A DNA stretch of 64,000 nucleotides from Polyangiales bacterium. GTDB taxonomy: Bacteria > Myxococcota_A > Polyangia > Polyangiales > Ga0077539. Location: assembly GCA_044229975.1 (NCBI GenBank), contig JBGARZ010000022.1, forward strand, positions 1-64,000, written 5' to 3'. Positions 38,846 through 45,806 of this stretch are shown one piece after another. Both the position numbers and the translations under genes were made by a program. Within the stretch, counting starts at the first letter, position 1; every line of letters starts with the position of its first letter. The notes under the pieces are model-generated. The model saw only the letters and a list, made by a program, of their open reading frames with translations, was not told the origin of the DNA and did not search any database.

Positions 38846-40573
38846 CTATTCCGCAGACCACCTCGGGACAAACGACGTTGCCGGGACAGTCATCAGCTTC
38901 ATCAACTCCTTGCCGTTCGGCCACCCCGGAATCATTGTCGCAACGGTGCTCGCTGCGAGGCTTTCAGCATTTACACTGGCGACCGCCTTCAGCCAGTTCA
39001 TTGGACTGAACAACTTTCCGCTTGGTTGTGTATTGATCGCATTCTGAAGAGCATTGTCCAAGCAGCTGGCAGCCAGCGTCAGGATCTCGGTCGGCTGCTG
39101 AGCCGCCTTCAACGTCGCGGCGGGCTCCACAACGAGTTGCTGCTTGTTGGCTCTGGCAATAATAGCCGACACAACAAACAGCACATGATACTTAGCATAG
39201 CCCTTTCCTGCCTTTATCGTATCGTCGAACGTAAAATTGGACCACAGATCCTCAATGGCGTTCAGCCACGTCTGGAGGGCAAGCATTGACGCCGGATTGT
39301 AGCCAGTACGAAAGAGAGTTTTGTAGTGATCATCAAACAATCGTTTCTCGTTATACGAAATATTCGGCCTCTGGCAGTGCCAGGCCATTAGCATTTTTCC
39401 GAGTATGGCTGTGTCGATGGTCTTTGCCGCATCTCTATTGGCAGGTCGTTCTTCTCCTCTCTTGGTGAGGAGATAGCCGTCCGGGTATTGAATCTCATAC
39501 GCTCTCTTCAGTCCCACCAAGACCTTGTCGTTGCTCTTAAGATCTCGTGGCTTTACCTGAGTCTGCGAGTTCGTGTTGATGCTGATTCGATCCCCAAGCG
39601 CTCGGTCAGGAATCTCGTAAAGCCGAAAGAGAATTCGCGCATCGGAGGCTTCCGACGAGCGCACTCGCTCCGAGACCGAAAAGATCGTTGAAAGCGACTG
39701 GCATCCGTTCACGACGCTCAGTCCCTTGATGTTCATGGTTTTCCCGTCGTCGCTTATGGCGACGGAATCACATAGTGCGGTAACGCCATTGTGGTAGAAG
39801 AAAAATTCCCTCACTCGATCGCCATTGTTGATGGTGTCTTTGAGTGCCCTGTTTACCTTGTTCATTCCGAGCGACTGACGGACGTTCTTGCGAAAAAGAC
39901 GCCCGTCCTTGATCCCAGGCAGCCGTAGACATTCCTTCAAAGGCAAGACGGCTAGTACCGTCTGGGCAGAGCCTAGCTTTGTGACCAATGTGCTAGCAGG
40001 ATCAACGATCATCGCATGGTCCAATGACGGAAGTTCCTGCGCTTCAGCCTCGGCGAGCCGCAGCTTGAGAACATCTGTGTCGATGAGATGGAGCCCTGCT
40101 TCGAAGTCGTCAGATTTTTCCAGATTTTCCGCAAAGGCTTTCAAGTCTCCCCGCGCAGCGTCGGTCAATGCGCCCGTCGTGATCAACTCGAAGTCCACTC
40201 GGTAGTCGTCCTCCAGAGCTCGTCGAACCGCTTCGAGTTTCACTTTGAGTTTGTCGTTGGCATCCTTTTGCAAGGACGGAAGGTCTTGAAGTCGCATCCA
40301 CGCGCCTAGCACTTCACGAAGCGGCTCCCCATCGACGGGGCTCCCGTCGATGAATTTGCCTTGAATAACGATCACTCTACGCTCTTCGTCCTCAACGATG
40401 ATGGCGTCGATCTGCTTGTCATTGGCGCCGTCGGTGATGTCGTCCCGCGTTGCGACCGCATCACGAAGCAGTACCCTTCGCAGATGCCAGGCAACAAAAC
40501 GCTGGCCATCGTTGGCGAAATTCTGCTGATAGTAACTACCGTCCGTGATCTCACGCTTGATCTGATCGATCAT
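38846..40573 (-). CDS. AIPR (abortive infection phage resistance) family protein, cassette 2
   Basis: ITDGANDKQIDA, IQGKF, LFRKNVRQSLG, FFFYHNGVT, VVNGCQS, NTNSQTQVKPRDLKSND. Confidence 0.9.
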   Translation of the reverse strand: MIDQIKREITDGSYYQQNFANDGQRFVAWHLRRVLLRDAVATRDDITDGANDKQIDAIIVEDEERRVIVIQGKFIDGSPVDGEPLREVLGAWMRLQDLPSLQKDANDKLKVKLEAVRRALEDDYRVDFELITTGALTDAARGDLKAFAENLEKSDDFEAGLHLIDTDVLKLRLAEAEAQELPSLDHAMIVDPASTLVTKLGSAQTVLAVLPLKECLRLPGIKDGRLFRKNVRQSLGMNKVNRALKDTINNGDRVREFFFYHNGVTALCDSVAISDDGKTMNIKGLSVVNGCQSLSTIFSVSERVRSSEASDARILFRLYEIPDRALGDRISINTNSQTQVKPRDLKSNDKVLVGLKRAYEIQYPDGYLLTKRGEERPANRDAAKTIDTAILGKMLMAWHCQRPNISYNEKRLFDDHYKTLFRTGYNPASMLALQTWLNAIEDLWSNFTFDDTIKAGKGYAKYHVLFVVSAIIARANKQQLVVEPAATLKAAQQPTEILTLAASCLDNALQNAINTQPSGKLFSPMNWLKAVASVNAESLAASTVATMIPGWPNGKELMKLMTVPATSFVPRWSAE

Positions 40574-40731
40574 ATTTTTTCCTCCGGTGTGCTTGCGAGA
40601 GTGTCAGAGCCGACTGCCGTTGTTCAAGAGTCTTCGTGTCGCCTGCGTCGTAATCACCACATTGATCGCTTTTCTTCGCTCGTGACCCGCCGTTTGCCAC
40701 CTCACAGCCGGCCGCCCGCTGCTCTGTGGCT

Positions 40732-40822
40732 GTCCAACGGCTGGCCGATGTGCCGCCGCAGCGGGTGTAACGGGTTGGCATTGGGCGAGTTGGCGGCGGT
40801 CGGCACCATCGGCTTGTTGGGC
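40732..40822 (-). other. attC site
   Basis: 91 bp; R'' GCCCAAC, R' GTTGGAC. Confidence 0.93.
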
Positions 40823-40870
40823 GGTCTTGCCACAGAGTCCTGATCTCCAGATCGACGAAGCCGCGCAGTA

Positions 40871-41653
40871 TCACTTAGTCCCGAGTGCTCGATCCCACAA
40901 CAAGACTTGTGTTTGAATGGCTCCGGAGTCACCACCAGACAGCATGTCAAATTCTTCATTTGACATCGCGGCGATTTTTTCTCTAATAAGCTGATCTTCA
41001 GAAAGCAATCGCCGGTTCTGAATTGCTGAATTTGATCTTGCAAAGCCCAGCATACAGCGGACAACTCCATCAGCGAGCGTTTTCCGATCCGCGGATCGCA
41101 ACCAAGCGATCAGGCGGTTCAGATCGGCTAACGAATCAGACGTCGGACGCATGCCCGATAAAAGAAAAAGACCTTCGTAATGATACCACAACACGTCATC
41201 AAAAGAGCAGGACGGCCGTTGCCAATCTTGATACCGCACGGAACACAGCTCTTCGTAGAAGAGCCGAGAAGCCTCGAGTCGTTGCGCAACCCGATCAGCC
41301 GAACAGGGCGCCGTGTGAGCAGTTACCACGCTGATGGTGCCGTAGGCCGTGTCCAATGAGTACTTATCGAACTCGTGGCCGAACGGACGCCGATCCACGT
41401 CCTTTCGTACGGACTGAATCGCCGCCTTCATCTCTCCCCAGAGATACGCTCGCCACTTCGGACCGTCCCAACTGAAGTCGCTCGTCGCGTCGATCACAAC
41501 GATCTGATCGGCCGCAACCGGTTGGACAGGGATCTGGGGGAATTGCCCTGACTTCTTGTACGCTCGCGCCCATCGCATGCCCTCGCGCCGCACCGCCTGC
41601 CGAACAGCAGGAGCGGTTCCATAGAGGAAATCTGGAATTTCCAAGCACTTCAT
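40871..41653 (-). CDS. Integron cassette 1 gene, hypothetical
   Basis: 260 aa, low GC, AGAGGA RBS; ends just before the first attC. Confidence 0.8.
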   Translation of the reverse strand: MKCLEIPDFLYGTAPAVRQAVRREGMRWARAYKKSGQFPQIPVQPVAADQIVVIDATSDFSWDGPKWRAYLWGEMKAAIQSVRKDVDRRPFGHEFDKYSLDTAYGTISVVTAHTAPCSADRVAQRLEASRLFYEELCSVRYQDWQRPSCSFDDVLWYHYEGLFLLSGMRPTSDSLADLNRLIAWLRSADRKTLADGVVRCMLGFARSNSAIQNRRLLSEDQLIREKIAAMSNEEFDMLSGGDSGAIQTQVLLWDRALGTK

Positions 41654-41719
41654 CGCGTCCTCTCTTGGCTAGAATACCGCATCGATGAGCGGGTCAGCGA
41701 GTTCATCGGGGGGCGTCAC

Positions 41720-41763
41720 GCCCAACTCTGTCCGCCCAACATCTCATTCACCCGCCGCCCAAC
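41720..41763 (-). other. Candidate attI region
   Basis: Three GTTGGGC cores (minus strand 41720-26, 41734-40, 41757-63) between the first cassette and the intI remnant, complementary to cassette 1 R''. Confidence 0.55.
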
Positions 41764-41774
41764 CTCACTCTTCT

Positions 41775-41959
41775 GCTGTTCGCCCGCCGCCGTCACTGCC
41801 GAACCCCATTTCGTCCGTTGTTCGCCCGCCGCCGTCACTGCCGAATCCCCATTCGTCCGTGGTTCGCCCGCTGCCGTCACTGCCGAACCCCGTTCGTCCG
41901 TTGTTCGCCCGCCGCCGTCACTGCCGAACCCCATTCTCCCGTTGTTCGCCCGCCGCTGT
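41775..41959 (+). repeat. Tandem repeat, 41-42 bp unit, about 4.4 copies
   Basis: gttcgcccgccgccgtcactgccgaaccccattcgtccgtt starting at 41778, 41820, 41862, 41903 and 41944 (partial). Confidence 0.92.
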
Positions 41960-41989
41960 CCACCCCTCCGCGCCCGCGCCGCCCTTCTG

Positions 41990-42385
41990 CTCGCCCATGC
42001 CCGCGGCGCCCGCGCCGCTCCGATCGAATCTGCCCATCGACGCCAACCCGCGGATCCCGCCATCGGCCGCGTCGAAGTCCACCGCCCCCACGCGCCTCGT
42101 GTGCCAACACGGCTTCCCCATATCGCGTCCCTCTGCCGCCGTCGCGACCTGCACAGCAACAACCCTCCACAAGGCGCCCCACGATGTTGCTGCGCCCGGA
42201 GGCAGCGATCGTCGCTCCATCTGTCGCCGCGTCGTCACCGATGACCCCAATGAACCCCGAACGACCCTCCGCACCATCCAGGAGCCGCCAGGCCACGAGG
42301 ACCGCCGCACCACGATGATCGCCCCTCCACCATGTTGTCGACCGCAGCTCGCCAGGCGTGGCGAGCCCGCTCGACCGCCGGTCGC
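41990..42385 (+). pseudogene. intI: Integron integrase C-terminal remnant, multiply frameshifted
   Basis: Across frames: ADPAIGRVEVHRPHAPR, QHGFPISRPS, RRRDLH, LHKA...RRSICR, LRTIQEPPGHEDRRTTMI, HVVDRSSPGVASPLDR. These parallel the IntI motifs DL..G.G.V.LP.AL, WQWVFP, RRHH, RTVQELLGH.DV.TTMIYTHV...GV.SPLD. Confidence 0.8.
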
Positions 42386-42516
42386 CCTTCACTCCCCTTC
42401 AATCCTCAGTTGATCGTTGGAACCGCTCCCACAGCAGTGTGCGGGAGCGCGTCGTTTCCGGGGCATCCGGCCATGCGGGAGCCGCATCCCTCTTCGGTCA
42501 GCGGTGCGCCTCTGCG

Positions 42517-43323
42517 CTATGCCGTCCCCTTCTTGTCGTCCGTCCCTTCGGTCTTCCCCTTCGCCTTCGCCTTCTTCTTCCCGACCGCCCTCCCGGGCCG
42601 CCGGAACCGCCGCGCCTCCGCCGCGTCCTCCCGCAGCGCGAAGCGCCCTGCGGTGCACAGCCGCGCCGCGATCGCATCGACCTGCGTCCAGGCCGCGTTG
42701 CGCAGTCGTGTGTGCAGCTTGTTCGCTTCGGCGTCCGGCGCTGACACCTTCGGCAACGCCGCCGCCGCCTTCGTCATCCGCTTCCGCGCTGCGCCCAGCT
42801 TCGAGAAGCGCACCAACGACGCCTTGTTCTCCTCGCAGAACGCCTCAAGCGCCCGCACATCATCGTGCAGGTCGGCGAGCCCGTCGCCGCGCAACACCTC
42901 ACGGCACCACGCGCGCTTCCTGGCGTCCTTGCGAAACGCGAAGCGAATGACCGCCACGACATCGCCTTCCGCCGCGCGCGCTTCGTCGTAGAGCGTCTTC
43001 TGCTTGGGCGTGAGGTTCGACGTGCCCACCTGCCGCCGCGTGTGCTCGTCCTGAAGCGTGGTCAGCAGCGCCAGCGCCCCCGAAAACCGCCCGATCTCGC
43101 CCTCGGTCAGATCGTCGTCGGGGTCCATCGGCGTCGCCAGCAGGGCAGCCTTGTGGGGCCCGACCGCGGCCTCCAGCGCCTGCGCCCACGTGATGTACGC
43201 CGGAACATCCCGATTGGGCCGCTTGATCTCCCCTGCGGGAACAGCCTCCAACTCCGACCGCAGCGCCGCCCCGACATCCCGGGGCACGCGGCTCCCACCC
43301 GTCTTCGTCTTCCGCTCCGCCAT
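42517..43323 (-). CDS. Hypothetical helical protein
   Basis: 268 aa from MAERKTKTGG, GGAGG RBS, Lys-rich tail. Confidence 0.75.
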   Translation of the reverse strand: MAERKTKTGGSRVPRDVGAALRSELEAVPAGEIKRPNRDVPAYITWAQALEAAVGPHKAALLATPMDPDDDLTEGEIGRFSGALALLTTLQDEHTRRQVGTSNLTPKQKTLYDEARAAEGDVVAVIRFAFRKDARKRAWCREVLRGDGLADLHDDVRALEAFCEENKASLVRFSKLGAARKRMTKAAAALPKVSAPDAEANKLHTRLRNAAWTQVDAIAARLCTAGRFALREDAAEARRFRRPGRAVGKKKAKAKGKTEGTDDKKGTA

Positions 43324-43386
43324 GTGCAGACCTCCAGCAACGACCGTATCAGCGGCTGCCAGAGCGCAGCAACGCCTACATGGGTC

Positions 43387-43540
43387 GGTGAGCGGGTCGA
43401 CCAGTGTGGTGAGCGGGTCGACCGGTGTGGTGAGCGGGTCGACCAGTGTGGTGAGCGGGTCGACCAGTGTGGTGAGCGGGTCGACCAGTGTGGTGAGCGG
43501 GTCGACCAGTGTGGTGAGCCCGTCGGACAACTCGGTGAGC
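43387..43540 (+). repeat. Tandem repeat, 21-bp unit, 6 near-perfect copies plus degenerate copies
   Basis: ggtgagcgggtcgaccagtgt at 43387, 43408, 43429, 43450, 43471 and 43492. Confidence 0.95.
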
Positions 43541-44341
43541 CGCGCACCGATCAGGCCCGCAGTCACGGGGGCCCACGCCGCGGCGTCAGCGCGGCGCGCA
43601 CCGGTCCGGCCCGCAGTCACCGGGGCTACGCCGCGGCGTCAGCGCGGCGCGCATTGGTCAGGCCCGCAGCCACCGGGGCCACGCCGCGGCGTCAGCGCGG
43701 CGCGCATTGGTCAGGCCCGCAGTCACCGGGGCTACGCCGCGGCGTCAGCGCGGCGCGCACCGGTCAGGCCCCAGTCGCCTGCCGTCCGTTGATCGATGTT
43801 GGTCCGGACTGTGACTGCAGGCCCGACCGTTGCGCGCCGCGCTGACGCCGCGGCGTGGGCCCCGGTGACTGCGGGCCTGACCGTTGCGCGCCGCGCTGAC
43901 GCTGCGGCGTAGCCCCGGTGGCTGCAGGCCCGACCGTTGCGCGCCGCGCTGACGCCGCGGCGTAGCCCCGGTGACTGCGGGCCCGACCGGTGCACGCCGC
44001 GCTGACGCTGCGGCGTGGCCCCCGTGACTGCGGGCCTGACCGGTGCGCGCCGCGCTGACGCCGCGGCGTGGGTCCGCCGACTGCGGGCCTGACCGTTGCG
44101 CGCCGCGCTAACGCTGCGGCGTAGGGCCGGTGACTGCGGACGTGAGCGTTGCGCGCCGCGCTGACGCCGCGGCGTGGGCCCCCGTGACTGCGGGCCTGAC
44201 CGGTGCGCGCCGCGCTGACGCCGCGGCGTGGGCCCCCGTGACTGCGGGCCTGACCGTTGCGCGCCGCGCTGACGCCGCGGCGTGGGTCCGCCGACTGCGG
44301 GCCTGACCGGTGCGCGCCGCACCGACCCCGCGGCGTGGGTC
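43541..44341. repeat. REP/BIME-like array: 53-54 bp unit, about 4 forward then about 10 inverted copies
   Basis: Unit contains the palindrome acgccgcggcgt. Forward block 43541-43775, reverse block 43811-44341. Confidence 0.92.
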
Positions 44342-44350
44342 CGCCGCCGC

Positions 44351-45709
44351 TCAGTACCCGTCGATCACGCTGAGCGCCTCGTCGTGGGCCGAGTTCACCG
44401 CGGCCTGCGGGGCGGCGGAGGTCGCGCCCGAGGTCGGCGACGTCATCGCGGGCAGCGCGCGGCGCATCGAGCTCACCCGCCCGATCTGCTCCCGGTACGC
44501 GCGGCTGTTTCGCGTCGAGGCGTCGCTGCGCGCCCGGTCGAGCAGCGCGTCGAGCTGCCGCTCGGCGGCGGCGACGTTGCCGCTGCGGGCCTCGCGGATG
44601 GCGGCCACGGTGCCGACGGCGAGCTGCACCTGCGCGGCCACTGCCTCGACCTCCGCGCTACGACCGCCCTCGATCTCCGCCGCATCGCTGCTCGCGTGGG
44701 CCCCCAGAAACACATCCCGCTCGTAGCGCTCGGAGGGGGCGGCCGGGTCGTTCCAGGCGAGGCGGGCGTCGACGAGCTCGATGGGCGAGCCCGCGCGGTG
44801 CGCCGGAACGTTGAGCCTCACGATGAGGTCCCGCGTCGCCCCTTCGGTGATCTCGCCGAGCTGCACGGTGATGCCCGCGTCGGTGCGCGCGGCGTCGTGT
44901 CCGAGCACCGCCTCGATCTGCACATCGGGCCCGGGGCTCAGCGTCACCACGGCGTTGCGGGCGATGACGCGCTCCATGCGCAGCACCTCGGTGCGAAACG
45001 CCGTCGCCACCGCCGAGGAGTCTTCGACGTAGTGGAAGTGTCCGCCCGAGCGCTGCGCGATCGCGCCCATGAGGGTCTCGTTGTATTCGAGCCCGAGGCC
45101 GAGGGACGTGATGGTGATCTGGTGGGCCCCGGCGCTCGCCGCCATCGCCTCGATGCTCGCCGCGTCCGTGTTGGGAACCCCATCCCCCAACAGCACCACG
45201 CGGTTGATGCCGCCGGTGTTGAGGTGCGCGGCGACCTGCTCGATGCCGAGGCGCAGGCCGTTGGCCATGTCGGTGGTTCCGCGGGCGCGCATCGCGCTGA
45301 TGCGCTGGCGGGCCGCGGCGCGCTCGCTCGCGTCGAGGACGGCGGAGGGGAAGATGACCTCGGCGCGCGAGTCGAAGGTGACGACGGCGAGGCGGTCGCC
45401 GTCGCGCATGGCGTCGACGAGCGCGAGGCTGGCGGCGCGGGCGTCGTCGATGGGCCGACCCTCCATGGAGCCCGACGTATCGATGACGAGGCCGACGTTG
45501 ATGGGCGGTCGGATGGTCGGGTCGACGGCGGCGGTCGCGAGGCGTAGCCGCGCAACGAGCGTGCTGCGCGCCCCGGCGGGGACGAAGCGGTTGCCGAGGG
45601 CGCCGTCGAGGGAGAGGGCTTGCGGGGTTCGTGCGTGGCGCTGGGCGCCGGCGCAGGCCGCGAGGGAGGAGAACAGGGCGAAGACGAAGAGCAGCAATGG
45701 GCGTCGCAT
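44351..45709 (-). CDS. VWA domain lipoprotein
   Basis: VIDTSGSMEG MIDAS motif, GTTDMANGL, VVLLGDG. Confidence 0.9.
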   Translation of the reverse strand: MRRPLLLFVFALFSSLAACAGAQRHARTPQALSLDGALGNRFVPAGARSTLVARLRLATAAVDPTIRPPINVGLVIDTSGSMEGRPIDDARAASLALVDAMRDGDRLAVVTFDSRAEVIFPSAVLDASERAAARQRISAMRARGTTDMANGLRLGIEQVAAHLNTGGINRVVLLGDGVPNTDAASIEAMAASAGAHQITITSLGLGLEYNETLMGAIAQRSGGHFHYVEDSSAVATAFRTEVLRMERVIARNAVVTLSPGPDVQIEAVLGHDAARTDAGITVQLGEITEGATRDLIVRLNVPAHRAGSPIELVDARLAWNDPAAPSERYERDVFLGAHASSDAAEIEGGRSAEVEAVAAQVQLAVGTVAAIREARSGNVAAAERQLDALLDRARSDASTRNSRAYREQIGRVSSMRRALPAMTSPTSGATSAAPQAAVNSAHDEALSVIDGY

Positions 45710-45806
45710 GGTGGGAACCTCTGACGCGCAGAACGCACCAGAGGTCTCCGGGCTTACGCTGGTCGTTGCGAAGGGTGGAGGGGGAGGAGGGGTGAAGGAG
45801 GGACGA

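Noticed and set aside
35929..41070. ORFs containing PNKPMVPTA...PLRRHIG peptides as a repeated protein family
   Set aside because: They are translations of the attC sites, not genes.
41650..42000. LexA box controlling intI
   Set aside because: No match to the GTTCAG-type box is visible, and the intI 5' region appears lost.
41775..44341. Tandem arrays as possible CRISPR arrays
   Set aside because: Units are contiguous with no unique spacers, and there are no cas genes in the window.
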